Positions 31,532 through 41,157 of a stretch of 64,000 nucleotides of DNA are shown piece after piece. The DNA lies in assembly GCA_964592745.1 (NCBI GenBank), contig CAZQFL010000003.1, positions 5,450 to 69,449 on the forward strand. The letters run 5' to 3'. The DNA comes from an uncultured Desulfurococcaceae archaeon. GTDB lineage: Archaea; Thermoproteota; Thermoprotei_A; Sulfolobales; NBVN01. The notes beneath the pieces are model-generated. The model searched no databases. It was given only the letters and a program-made list of their open reading frames with translations, and was not told where the DNA came from. A program made the translations under genes and the position numbers. Each line of letters begins with the position of its first letter. The first letter of the stretch is position 1.

Positions 31532-31864
31532 TTACACTTCACTCCTCTCCTTGCTCCTTATCTTAAGTATTGCTTTAGCTAACTCTTTAAGTAATTTATT
31601 CTTACTCATATCACTTTCAATCCTTACTATAGCGTACCAACCCTTACTTTCATACCATAATCTAGGATACCTTTTGCCTTCGACTATCTCTACATTACAT
31701 GGTGGTGTAATCTCCTTACATGCATCTATTAAGTCTTGAGGTGATATATCGTTTAACGATAAGTCCTTTGGTAATCTCCTACCTAACCTCCTACTTATAC
31801 TCTTAAGAAAGTATTCAGGCCATAAAATAATTTCCCTAAGTTTATCTGACAAAGAATTATTCAC
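31532..31864 (-). CDS. srp19: Signal recognition particle 19 kDa protein
   Basis: ILWPEYF...[15 protein letters not shown] and [10 protein letters not shown]; follows rps8e. Confidence 0.92.
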   Translation of the reverse strand: MNNSLSDKLREIILWPEYFLKSISRRLGRRLPKDLSLNDISPQDLIDACKEITPPCNVEIVEGKRYPRLWYESKGWYAIVRIESDMSKNKLLKELAKAILKIRSKERSEV

Positions 31865-32255
31865 CAGAGCTCTTCTCTATCAAAACAGCGTTTATAACAC
31901 CGTCTTGACCAGGTCTTGAAGTAACCCTAGCGATACCTATTTCAGTTTCTATTATCGTTCCCTTCGTTATTATTCCTAACCTAGCATGTTCCCTATTATC
32001 TGGTGTCTCAACAATTCTTAAGATTTTAACCTTCTTTGTTTCGTTAGTTGAGGGATTAGTGACGTTAGCATATTGAGCTTCCTTAACTCTAACCTTATAG
32101 TTACCTCCTCTAACCCTTTGTATAATCCTTCTTTCCCTATCTGATAATTTAGTATTAGTTGGATATCTACCTAGTTCATATTTTCTCTTCTTCCTTGAGG
32201 GTCTCTTCCTACCACCTGTTATCTTCCTTAAGTCATTTCCCTGATATACACTCAT
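31857..32255 (-). CDS. rps8e: 30S ribosomal protein S8e
   Basis: [20 protein letters not shown] and [15 protein letters not shown]. Confidence 0.98.
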   Translation of the reverse strand: MSVYQGNDLRKITGGRKRPSRKKRKYELGRYPTNTKLSDRERRIIQRVRGGNYKVRVKEAQYANVTNPSTNETKKVKILRIVETPDNREHARLGIITKGTIIETEIGIARVTSRPGQDGVINAVLIEKSSGE

Positions 32256-32330
32256 GCTGATCCCAAAGCTGTGTACTGTTATTACTTAAAAACTTTTTAT
32301 TTATCATATAGATACTAAACTTAGGTCAGT

Positions 32331-33170
32331 ATGAAGTTATTAGGAAGGGTCATCTATAAGGTGTATAGAAGATTCAATAAATTCATAGACTTCCTCCTAA
32401 GACCTGTATACAAGGTTTATGAGTTATTTCTTTGGTCACAGATATGCTGTGGGCCAATGCCTAGACATGTAGCTATAATACCTGATGGTAATAGAAGATG
32501 GGCTAAGCTTTATGGCTTTGATTCAAAGTACGGACATAGCGTTGGATACGAGAAACTCAAAGAGGTGTTACAGTGGTTATGGGACTTAGGTGTAAAGGTA
32601 GTAACAGTTTATGTAATGTCATATGAGAACTGCCTTAAGAGACCTAAAGATGAGAAGCAACATCTCATAGAATTAATTGAGAAGGGTATCGACGAATTGA
32701 TAAGTAAAGGTGAGATAGATCGGAGAAGGGTTTATGTAAGGTTCTTTGGTAGACTAGATATGGTACCCAAGAAGTTAGTAGATAAGATAAGGTATGTAGA
32801 GAAATATAGTAGTAAGTACAAAGATAGGTACCTAAACATAGCCATCTGTTACGGTGGTAGACAGGAAATAATTGATGCTGTAAAAAACATCGTTGAAGAT
32901 CTTAAAAAGGGGAGACTAAGCATTAATGATATAAATGAAAACACCTTTAGGAAGTACTTAGGGATATCACATCTCGCTAATAACGGTCTTGAAGAACCAG
33001 ATTTAGTAATAAGGACTTCAGGTGAGTTAAGGATTAGTAATTTCCTGTTATGGCAAATAGCTTATAGTGAACTTTACTTCTGCGACGTATACTGGCCTGA
33101 ATTTAGAAAGATAGATTTATGGAGAGCTATAAGATCTTACCAGAGACGTGAGAGAAGATTTGGTAGGTAA
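32331..33170 (+). CDS. uppS: cis-Polyprenyl diphosphate synthase
   Basis: HVAIIPDGNRRWA, YGGRQEI and IRTSGELRISNFLLWQ. Confidence 0.96.
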   Translation: MKLLGRVIYKVYRRFNKFIDFLLRPVYKVYELFLWSQICCGPMPRHVAIIPDGNRRWAKLYGFDSKYGHSVGYEKLKEVLQWLWDLGVKVVTVYVMSYENCLKRPKDEKQHLIELIEKGIDELISKGEIDRRRVYVRFFGRLDMVPKKLVDKIRYVEKYSSKYKDRYLNIAICYGGRQEIIDAVKNIVEDLKKGRLSINDINENTFRKYLGISHLANNGLEEPDLVIRTSGELRISNFLLWQIAYSELYFCDVYWPEFRKIDLWRAIRSYQRRERRFGR

Positions 33171-33194
33171 TATTAATGAATCGCTGTTAAGCCA

Positions 33195-34067
33195 TTATTC
33201 ATTACTACCATAAAGTACTTTTAGATCTTCAAGTGTCAACCTTTCTCCCCTTGATAACTTCTCTAAAGCCTTCCTTCTCTTCTCTTCAAGTATTGCTCTT
33301 TCTAGCTCTTTCTGTCTACTCAATCTTATGTTTCTTAAACTCTCCTGAAGTTCTCTATACCTCGTACTAAGTCCTCCTATCTTCTCTGTTATATCTACGA
33401 GCTTACTTACATTCTCTTGAATCTTATTCTGTATTTCACTTATTTCTTGCTTAACTTGAGATAGTTCATTCCTTACGTAACCTATGCTCTCCCTAAGGTT
33501 ATTGATTTTATTATTTAATTCGTCTATATCTTTACTTATATCGTTTATCCTAACTCTCAAACTCTTCAATTCTGCCCTTAATTCTTGATACTTCTCTCTC
33601 GCCTTTATGCTCTCCATAGCCTTCTCTAAGATACCTTCTAACTTCATTATCTCCTTGACAAGCCTATTTTCTACCTCAAGAGGCAGCGACTCAGTGATTA
33701 TCCTCCATTCCAGCTGTTCTATCCTACTACGTAATTTAGAAATAGATACATTCCTTCCTAATTCGCTCTTAACCTTCTCTATTACCTCTCTCTCCTGTAA
33801 GAGTAAGTTTTTCACATCCTTTACTCTTCTAATGAGACTTCTACGCTCCTCTATTAATATGCTCCTCCTAGTTTTTAATTCATCTAGTTCCTTTCTTATT
33901 CTTAATAATTGGTCCTTAAGTTTTCTAAGCTTATCCACTAACTCACTTTTCCTTCTTTTTAACTCCTTGATATTGCTTACTATTGTATTCTTCTCATTCT
34001 TGAGTTTCTTGAGCTGCTCTCTTACCTCACTTATTTCATTTATTATTTTATTTTCATCATTGTTCAT
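33195..34067 (-). CDS. Archaeal long coiled-coil protein (COG1340-like); start probably ATG 34067
   Basis: Continuous heptads, IEQLEW..T..LPLEVE and C-terminal KLSRGERLTLEDL. Confidence 0.8.
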   Translation of the reverse strand: MNNDENKIINEISEVREQLKKLKNEKNTIVSNIKELKRRKSELVDKLRKLKDQLLRIRKELDELKTRRSILIEERRSLIRRVKDVKNLLLQEREVIEKVKSELGRNVSISKLRSRIEQLEWRIITESLPLEVENRLVKEIMKLEGILEKAMESIKAREKYQELRAELKSLRVRINDISKDIDELNNKINNLRESIGYVRNELSQVKQEISEIQNKIQENVSKLVDITEKIGGLSTRYRELQESLRNIRLSRQKELERAILEEKRRKALEKLSRGERLTLEDLKVLYGSNE

Positions 34068-34794
34068 TATCTCGATTCTCCCTTTTTCTAATGAGTACTC
34101 TTGCATCAGCTACTTTAGCTCCCTTACCCACTTCGAAAGACATTATGGGGTTTAAGTCTACATCCGTTATATCGTCTACATCCTCCATGAGCTTAGATAG
34201 CCTTACTATTATATCTACAAGTGCTCCCTTATCTCTTGGTGGCATACCTCTATATCCATCAAGTATCTTGGCAGCCTTAATCTCTTGAAGCATCATTTCG
34301 GCATCATAACGTGTTACTGGCGCTACTCTAAAGCTAACATCCTTTAATACTTCGACAAAGATACCTCCAAGGCCGAAGACTAGGACAGGACCGAATGTTG
34401 GGTCTCTAGTAGCTCCAACAATAACTTCGAGAGCTTGAGGTACCATCTCCTGCACAAGTATACCTGCTACTCTAGCATTTGGGGCTTTAATCTTCACATT
34501 ATTCATAATCTCTTTAAAAGTCTTACTAACGCCATCTTCATTCATTATATTAATCTTTACACCACCAACATCACTCTTATGCACTATATCAGGACTTACA
34601 ATCTTCATTACAACAGGGAACCCTATACTCTTAGCTATCTTAACAGCTTCATCAGAAGTCTTAGCAAGACCAGCTTTAGGTACTGGAATCTCGTATAGTC
34701 TCAGAATTTCGTAAGCTTCATGTTCTAAGAGCTTAGTCCTACCTTCACTTTGAGCTACTTCAATTATCTCCTTAACCCTACTTATCCTACCCAC
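34057..34794 (-). CDS. acdB: ADP-forming acetate/acyl-CoA ligase beta subunit
   Basis: LLEHEA, GFPVVMKIVSPDIVHKSDVGGV, DPTFGP, GLGGIFVE and DLNP. Confidence 0.93.
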   Translation of the reverse strand: MGRISRVKEIIEVAQSEGRTKLLEHEAYEILRLYEIPVPKAGLAKTSDEAVKIAKSIGFPVVMKIVSPDIVHKSDVGGVKINIMNEDGVSKTFKEIMNNVKIKAPNARVAGILVQEMVPQALEVIVGATRDPTFGPVLVFGLGGIFVEVLKDVSFRVAPVTRYDAEMMLQEIKAAKILDGYRGMPPRDKGALVDIIVRLSKLMEDVDDITDVDLNPIMSFEVGKGAKVADARVLIRKRENRDNEQ

Positions 34795-34833
34795 TTTACC
34801 ACCCTACTAAGTTCTAAAGGTAGCCATTTTAAA

Positions 34834-35652
34834 TTATAACCTACCACTAGGCTCTTCAGTTAGAAAGTCTTCACCACCAGCTATAGCTCTTTGTATTTCA
34901 GCGTAAAGATTATCCATTCCTACATTTTCCTTGGCTGATATAGGTATTACATTAGAGTATACCTGCCTTAACGACTCACATATGCTTACAGATACATCAG
35001 TATTTAGTAATAATGATGTTTCTGAAGCTTCATAACAGCTATATTCATCACTTAATAGCTTAAACAGGAATATACGCTTGTCTACATAATCTTCAACATT
35101 ACCTAACTCTTCCTTACTTAGTACTAAGTCTATCTTATTAACAGCTAGTATTTGTGGTAATTGGATTCTATAGAGTGTTGAGAGCGAGAGTAGTAGAAGA
35201 GAGAATGCTGATGAAGGTATTGAAGCAAGTCTTGCATCCAGCAAGAATATTGAGACAGACTTAACACCCTTAACTAATTCTTTAATTATTTGAGGTCCTA
35301 ACCTCCTAAAAGCTACTATCTCTAACTGACCTGGCATATCAATTATGACGTAATTAGCTCTAGTTTCATCTATTTCTTCTCTAATTTCAGCTATGTAATT
35401 TATGATCATGTCAACACTAGCTATTAAAGCACCATTAGGCCCTAACCCCTTCTCTATCATTAAATCTCTCGCTCTAACATACCTCCTAATGTCAACGTCA
35501 GGCGTATATGGTAACGACTCGGCTGCAGGGTCAAAGTTAACTATTGAGACACTCAATTCCTGATCCTCTAACCAATCAGCTAATGCCTTAGCAAGTGTTG
35601 ACTTACCTGAACCCGCAGGCCCCATTATAACTATGTAGTACATAACATTCAC
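34834..35652 (-). CDS. GPN-loop GTPase
   Basis: GPAGSGKST, NFDPAAE, GLGPNG, DMPGQLE and NKID. Confidence 0.94.
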   Translation of the reverse strand: MNVMYYIVIMGPAGSGKSTLAKALADWLEDQELSVSIVNFDPAAESLPYTPDVDIRRYVRARDLMIEKGLGPNGALIASVDMIINYIAEIREEIDETRANYVIIDMPGQLEIVAFRRLGPQIIKELVKGVKSVSIFLLDARLASIPSSAFSLLLLSLSTLYRIQLPQILAVNKIDLVLSKEELGNVEDYVDKRIFLFKLLSDEYSCYEASETSLLLNTDVSVSICESLRQVYSNVIPISAKENVGMDNLYAEIQRAIAGGEDFLTEEPSGRL

Positions 35653-35695
35653 CTATAGCTTTACAAAATACTAATTCAATGCTCGTTATTGAGTA

Positions 35696-36784
35696 TCACA
35701 GCCATATAAATCTTGAAGTCTTACCTCGATATTTCCCTACAATATTGACTTTATGACCGCACTTTGGACATCTATTGTCGTCGGTTAGATTCCACTCTAT
35801 TATATCAAAACCATACCGCTTGATCAGTAAGTAACCGCATTTCGGGCAGTATGTATGCTCTAGTGGGTGTCCAGGTACGTTACCTATGTATACATGCTTT
35901 AATCCTTCCCCCCTAGCTATGTTAGCTAACTTCTCTAAGGTCTTAATTGGTGTTGGCGGTATGTGAGTCATTTTATAGTGTGGATAGAAACGAAGCAAGT
36001 GGAACGGAGTTTCAGGACCTAAGTTCTCCACTATCCACCTTGCTAATCGCTTTAAGTCGTTAGGATCATCCCCTACATCAGGTACTACCAAGTTTGTTAT
36101 TTCAATGAATATGCCTTTACTCTTCATCTCAAGTATAGTATTAAATGTTGGTTCAGGGTCATGAACTCCCATGTATTTCTGGTAAAACCTCTTATTGCCT
36201 GCTGCCTTAAAATCCACTGTTGCTGCATCCATGTACTTAGCTAGTTCATCAACAGCCTCAATACCCATGTAGCCATTAGTAACCATTGTGTTAAATAAGC
36301 CTTCCTTCTTAGCCAGTTTTGCTGTATCGTACATGAATTCGTAGAATATTGTTGGCTCATTGTATGTGTAACTAATACCATCAGATTCGTATCTCTTAGC
36401 TAATTCAATAACTTTCTCCGGAGTGAAATAATCCCCGAAGACTTCATCCCTCCTAGACTGACTTATAGTCCAGTTCTGACAGAATTGACACATAAAGTTG
36501 CATCCAGCTGTAGATATAGAGAATACGGCTGAACCTGGTTGATAGTGATAAAGGGGTTTCTTCTCTATAGGATCGACATTAGCTGCTGTTAATAAGCCAT
36601 AAACTAATGTATAAAGTGTTCCTTCACTATTATATCTAACACCACATGCTCCAAAGCCACCATCGGCAATAGGGCATCTCTTATGGCATAAGTAACACTG
36701 TACTTTCCCTCCGTTAACTCTCTTCCAAAACTTTGCTACTCTAACCCATGGCTTGCTGAGATCAGGTTTTCTTCCAATCCTCAT
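35696..36784 (-). CDS. amrS: AmmeMemoRadiSam system radical SAM enzyme (PFL-AE-like)
   Basis: DPIEKKPLYH, CNFMCQFC, YTYNEP, YIGNV and terminal CPKC pairs. Confidence 0.9.
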   Translation of the reverse strand: MRIGRKPDLSKPWVRVAKFWKRVNGGKVQCYLCHKRCPIADGGFGACGVRYNSEGTLYTLVYGLLTAANVDPIEKKPLYHYQPGSAVFSISTAGCNFMCQFCQNWTISQSRRDEVFGDYFTPEKVIELAKRYESDGISYTYNEPTIFYEFMYDTAKLAKKEGLFNTMVTNGYMGIEAVDELAKYMDAATVDFKAAGNKRFYQKYMGVHDPEPTFNTILEMKSKGIFIEITNLVVPDVGDDPNDLKRLARWIVENLGPETPFHLLRFYPHYKMTHIPPTPIKTLEKLANIARGEGLKHVYIGNVPGHPLEHTYCPKCGYLLIKRYGFDIIEWNLTDDNRCPKCGHKVNIVGKYRGKTSRFIWL

Positions 36785-36873
36785 GAAAATACACCCTACA
36801 TACCATATCTATAAGGCTTACATAAGTTAAATATTAATTAATTCCGTACTCGAGAGAGCTCTAGGGTCAGGGA

Positions 36874-37776
36874 TTGATAGTGGTTTCATTATCTAATGAT
36901 TTAGGATTAGGGGCTGAAATAAGTAGAGTGTTAGGTGTTAAACACTTAACAACCTACACTAAAGTATTTCCTGATGGTGAGGTTTACGTAAGATTACAGG
37001 AACCTAAGTTCTTAAGGAATGAAATTACTTATGTTATCCAATCCCTATATCCGAATCAGAACGATAGGATAACGGAATTGCTATTAAGTATTGATGCATT
37101 ATATGAGGCTGGAGCTAAGGAGGTTAGAGCCATAATACCATACATGGCTTATAGTAGGCAAGACAGGGTTTTCTTGGAAGGTGAAGCAGTAAGTATAAGG
37201 GCATTACTTAACGCTCTTTATAGCTTAGGCGTTAACGAGATAATAACCATAGATATCCATAGTGTGAAAGCTATGTCATATTTTAAGGGTAAAATACGTA
37301 ATATACTGCCGACTAAGCTATTTGCTGAAAGATTACGAACCTTAGGCGTTAACAGTTCTAATACAATAGTTGTAGCGCCTGATGAGGGCGCTAAGGAGCG
37401 GGCTAATAAACTTAGTAATGAGCTTAACCTAAAGTATGTAGTCATAAAGAAGTTTAGAGACAGGATTACAGGTGAGATAAAACATGAATTACCTAAAGAG
37501 CTAGAAGTAAGTGGAATGAATGTTATAGTGATTGATGATATAATAAGTACTGGTGGTACCATAGCTAATATAAGTAAGTACTTGAGATCAAGAAACGTAA
37601 AGAATATAATAGTTGCTGCTACTCACGGCCTCTTTGTAGGTAATGCGTTGGAGAAGCTAAGGAGCTCAGGTATTAGTAAAATACTATTGACATTAACCGT
37701 ACCTAAAATTAACGATCCCTTACTTGAGTATTTAAGCCCCGTAAACCTCATAGCAAATGCCATTGTTAAGGAGTAG
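36874..37776 (+). CDS. prs: Ribose-phosphate pyrophosphokinase
   Basis: FPDGE, PYMAYSRQD, APDEGA and DDIISTGGT. Confidence 0.96.
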   Translation: MIVVSLSNDLGLGAEISRVLGVKHLTTYTKVFPDGEVYVRLQEPKFLRNEITYVIQSLYPNQNDRITELLLSIDALYEAGAKEVRAIIPYMAYSRQDRVFLEGEAVSIRALLNALYSLGVNEIITIDIHSVKAMSYFKGKIRNILPTKLFAERLRTLGVNSSNTIVVAPDEGAKERANKLSNELNLKYVVIKKFRDRITGEIKHELPKELEVSGMNVIVIDDIISTGGTIANISKYLRSRNVKNIIVAATHGLFVGNALEKLRSSGISKILLTLTVPKINDPLLEYLSPVNLIANAIVKE

Positions 37777-37779
37777 CCA

Positions 37780-38820
37780 ATGTTGTACTATGTTTATCTA
37801 TCAGGTGAACATAGAACCCTTCCTGAGGCTGAGGTTAGAGCTATATGTGAGGCTGAGGATATACCATTTAAGGTTATTGCTAAATTCGATCAAGTACTAA
37901 TAGTTGAGTCAATACATGAATTCCCTCAATACTTAAGTAAACGTTCTGCTCTAACTAAGTATCTAGGTATACTCTTAGGTGTTACGAATATAGTTGAGGG
38001 TAGTAATGGTATAATTAAGGCAATAAGAGATAGCGGCATAGACTTGAATGTGAAGGAATTATTTGTTAAGTTCAGTCGTGTTAAAGAATTTGGTAAAGGC
38101 TTTATTGAATATGATGAATTAGTAAGCAAGTTGAAGAGTGAATTTAAACTACGGCCATTAACGGGAAAGCGTCAAGAAGGTATTAAAATTCTTGATATAA
38201 TAGTGACTAATGCTGTCATAATTGGGTTAAGGCTTCATGAAAGATCAATGAAGGTATTTGATGTAAGAGCACCTCAGAAAAGACCTGAATATAGACCTGG
38301 TACATTACCACCCATAATTTCCAGAGTTTTCGTCAACTTAAGTAGAGTTAGCATTAGAAGAAATGAGTTTTTACTTGATCCATTTTGTGGTGTTGGAGGA
38401 TTCCTCTTAGAGGCCTGTAGTATGGGTCTAAGTAACTACTTAGGTATAGACATAAATCATGATTATGTTCAAGCAGCGAGAAATAATTTAATATTCTACA
38501 ATTGTTTAGATAACGTTGTATGCGGTGATGCTTGTAATATGTCGGTAGGTATAGGTAAGGTTGATGCTATAGCTACGGACCCGCCCTATGGTAGATTGAC
38601 CAGACCTGGAGGCAGAGATCTAAAAGAGTTAATGATGTGTTTTATGGAGGAAGCCAGTAAGGTATTAAAGAAGGGTTCATACATGGTTTTTGCTCAAAGG
38701 AAAGGTGTTATTAATGAGGATGACATAGAGAGTATTAATGGATTGGTTGTTGTTGAAAAGCATTTAAATTGGGTACATGGATCTCTAACAAGAGACATAT
38801 ATGTGGTGAAGGTAAAGTGA
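37780..38820 (+). CDS. trm11: tRNA (guanine10-N2)-methyltransferase (Trm11/TrmG10)
   Basis: LSGEH..LP.AE N-terminus, LDPFCGVGG and TDPPYG. Confidence 0.85.
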   Translation: MLYYVYLSGEHRTLPEAEVRAICEAEDIPFKVIAKFDQVLIVESIHEFPQYLSKRSALTKYLGILLGVTNIVEGSNGIIKAIRDSGIDLNVKELFVKFSRVKEFGKGFIEYDELVSKLKSEFKLRPLTGKRQEGIKILDIIVTNAVIIGLRLHERSMKVFDVRAPQKRPEYRPGTLPPIISRVFVNLSRVSIRRNEFLLDPFCGVGGFLLEACSMGLSNYLGIDINHDYVQAARNNLIFYNCLDNVVCGDACNMSVGIGKVDAIATDPPYGRLTRPGGRDLKELMMCFMEEASKVLKKGSYMVFAQRKGVINEDDIESINGLVVVEKHLNWVHGSLTRDIYVVKVK

Positions 38821-39584
38821 ATCCTGTAAAAGTTGTGATATTAGGTTCACAAGCTCCCTATCCTGGAAGTGACGATTTACCTTCAACACTGATTTTATGG
38901 GGTAAGAACTACATACTACTTGATGTAGGTGAGGGTGTTCAAAGTAAATTGCTTAAAGTAGGGGTTAGTCCTATACTGGTGAAACACATCTTAGTTACGC
39001 ACTTACATGGTGATCACGTACTAGGCCTTCTACCTTTGCTTCAGTCTAGATCACTAGGTGGTTCAAAGGATACACTCACTATAGTTGGCCCTAAAGGTAT
39101 TAAAGAATATGTAATGAGGAGTATGCAAATGCTTAATTTTACCCCAATGTATGATATAGAGTTTGTTGAGATTAACAAATATGATGAGGTATTAAATTTT
39201 AATAACATTAAGGTGTACGCCTATCCCTTAATGCATACAGTACCCACTATAGGCTTCACTATAAATATCAATAATAGAGTTAAGGTAAGTTACATTACGG
39301 ATACTAGACCATTAAATGAGTTACCTGAAATAGTCTATGATACGTACTTATTGATTCACGACGCAACATTCTCCCATACAGACTTAAACCTAGCTAAAAG
39401 TCATTTTCATTCAACAAGCGTTGAAGCAGCTTTAACAGCATTAAAAAGTAGATCCAAATTACTTATCCTGTATCACATTTCACCTAGATATAAAGATCAA
39501 GATAAACTAGTTATTGAGGCCAGAAGGATATTCCCCCACACATACCTAGCCAAGAAGTTTCTTAGAGTATTTATAAAGGGTTAA
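38817..39584 (+). CDS. rnz: Ribonuclease Z; start set at GTG 38817
   Basis: LLDVGEG, THLHGDH, TDTRP, HDATF, HST and HISPRY. Confidence 0.9.
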   Translation: MNPVKVVILGSQAPYPGSDDLPSTLILWGKNYILLDVGEGVQSKLLKVGVSPILVKHILVTHLHGDHVLGLLPLLQSRSLGGSKDTLTIVGPKGIKEYVMRSMQMLNFTPMYDIEFVEINKYDEVLNFNNIKVYAYPLMHTVPTIGFTININNRVKVSYITDTRPLNELPEIVYDTYLLIHDATFSHTDLNLAKSHFHSTSVEAALTALKSRSKLLILYHISPRYKDQDKLVIEARRIFPHTYLAKKFLRVFIKG

Positions 39585-40024
39585 ACACGGGGAATCTCCT
39601 TTTCCCATAGTGGTCTTCCGTGACTTGTCTTAGGTGCTAGCCAATCAATAATTTCACTTAATTTATCACTAACTATAGTTAATGTTATGGGACCTAATGG
39701 TGATTCTTCATCATAAGATATGAATGATATATGGCCAGCATAAGCACTTTGTTTATGGAGTTTTAAAGTTAGCATATCTCCTCTCTTAAGTGATAGCATT
39801 ATTGATCTTGCGGTATCGAGTATTCTCTCCTGTCTTAGCAATTCATAAAGCCTAAACAATACAGTTAATTTTCTTGATTCAACAACTAGTAATTTGTAAT
39901 TATTACCTATATCAACACTTTTTATGTCACTATCCTTAAGTGTGAATATATTCTTCAATGCCTTCCTAACTTTACTCTCATCCTCAGTGGGTCTAACCTC
40001 CACCTCTATCCTAATTGTTAACAT
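39581..40024 (-). CDS. DUF54/COG1931 RNA-binding protein
   Basis: EVRPTEDESKV..A, ILDTAR, LHKQSAYAG and SPLGPI. Confidence 0.88.
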   Translation of the reverse strand: MLTIRIEVEVRPTEDESKVRKALKNIFTLKDSDIKSVDIGNNYKLLVVESRKLTVLFRLYELLRQERILDTARSIMLSLKRGDMLTLKLHKQSAYAGHISFISYDEESPLGPITLTIVSDKLSEIIDWLAPKTSHGRPLWEKEIPRV

Positions 40025-40589
40025 TACTAAGAACCTCCTTGATTTTAGACTCTACTTCATTCCTTAAATTCTCTAAACTCTTACTTTCATTTATTATCAT
40101 CATGTCTGCAAGCGCTATAACGTTACCGATACCGAAGCTCAACTCTTTATTATCCCTAATTAGGAACTCACTCCAATCTTTAGGATCGTCTCTTCTACCC
40201 CTATTACGTAATCTTTCATATCTGGTTCTAGGTGACGCATGAACAGCAACTATGATTACTTTACCATAACTATTAAACACCTTAACCTCGTCAAGACTCC
40301 TGACACCATCAATAACGATTATACCGCTAAGCCCTCTATCCTCTATGTATTTTAAAGTCATCCTCGCAACGATATCCTTACCATATTTCCTTCTTAACTC
40401 TTCAGCAAATTTAGTCATAGACATGATATCTTGAGGTATACCCCTCCTTGATGCCTCCTCCCTAACCACATCACCCATAGATATAACCTTAGCATTAAGT
40501 ATTGAGGAGATTATCCTTGATACAACAGATTTACCGGAGCCCGGCATTCCCGTAACGCATATTAGTATCCTATCCTCCTTTCCAACCAA
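40011..40589 (-). CDS. Archaeal dephospho-CoA-kinase-like P-loop protein (COG0237/UPF0200)
   Basis: TGMPGSGKS, SMGDVVR, DGVRS, RGRRDD and GIGNVIALAD. Confidence 0.85.
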   Translation of the reverse strand: MVGKEDRILICVTGMPGSGKSVVSRIISSILNAKVISMGDVVREEASRRGIPQDIMSMTKFAEELRRKYGKDIVARMTLKYIEDRGLSGIIVIDGVRSLDEVKVFNSYGKVIIVAVHASPRTRYERLRNRGRRDDPKDWSEFLIRDNKELSFGIGNVIALADMMIINESKSLENLRNEVESKIKEVLSNVNN

Positions 40590-40619
40590 AACTCTACACC
40601 TAAGATATAGAAGGAGATT

Positions 40620-40850
40620 CTACTTAATACTCCCTAAGCATAAGATTCTTTCGCAATGTATTTCGGAATCAAGAGAATGGTCTTTGCAAATTAAGTATTA
40701 CTCAAATAATACACACAAATACTACAGTTCTTCAATAATACATGCAAGTGAGCCTGATTGTGAGTTACTGAGGCGCCAACTTTAGGTAAAGTAATACTGT
40801 CAATGTATTTTGACATAATTATATTATGTGTATTTATGGTATTACTTATA
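40620..40850. promoter_or_regulatory. Cluster of four AGTATTA(CT)-type boxes with nested inverted repeats
   Basis: TAATACT 40625-40631, AGTATTACT 40694-40702, AGTAATACT 40790-40798 and GGTATTACT 40838-40846; TGTCAA-N6-TTGACA 40798-40815; ACATAAT-N3-ATTATGT 40813-40829. Confidence 0.5.
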
Positions 40851-40863
40851 ATTAGGTGTTACT

Positions 40864-41157
40864 ATGCCTGTTTTGTTTAGATGTAAGCACTGTAATTCGA
40901 TAATATTCATATTTGAAAGAGTTGGTCAGGACTGTTTTGGATTACCGTCACCTACAGAGCTTATTAATAAATTTAACGGTGTCTGTCCTCAATGTGGTAG
41001 TAAGTTATCCATACCTAGCTTAGATGATATAAAGATAGTTGGTAGATTAAGAATGTCTCTAAGAGATTACTTATCACGACAAAACACTCTCAACATAAGC
41101 TCATATTTATTAGAGAGCCAGAAGGGAAGCTTAAGGACTACTTCAGTAAGCCAGTAA
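40864..41157 (+). CDS. Small Zn-ribbon protein of unknown function
   Basis: CKHC...GQDCFGLPSPTEL...CPQC; AGGTG RBS upstream; tail overlaps the cca 3' end. Confidence 0.8.
   Translation: MPVLFRCKHCNSIIFIFERVGQDCFGLPSPTELINKFNGVCPQCGSKLSIPSLDDIKIVGRLRMSLRDYLSRQNTLNISSYLLESQKGSLRTTSVSQ

Noticed and set aside
40759-40775. TGTGAGTTACTGAGGCG, partly complementary to a conserved 16S segment (CUCAGUAAC)
   Set aside because: Only about 9 nt match and there is no flanking C box, so it is likely chance.
41067-41157. 91-bp convergent overlap of the Zn-ribbon ORF and cca as antisense regulation
   Set aside because: Convergent tail overlaps are common in this window (priL, trm1, argF, pcn), and the overlapping tail looks like a non-conserved extension.
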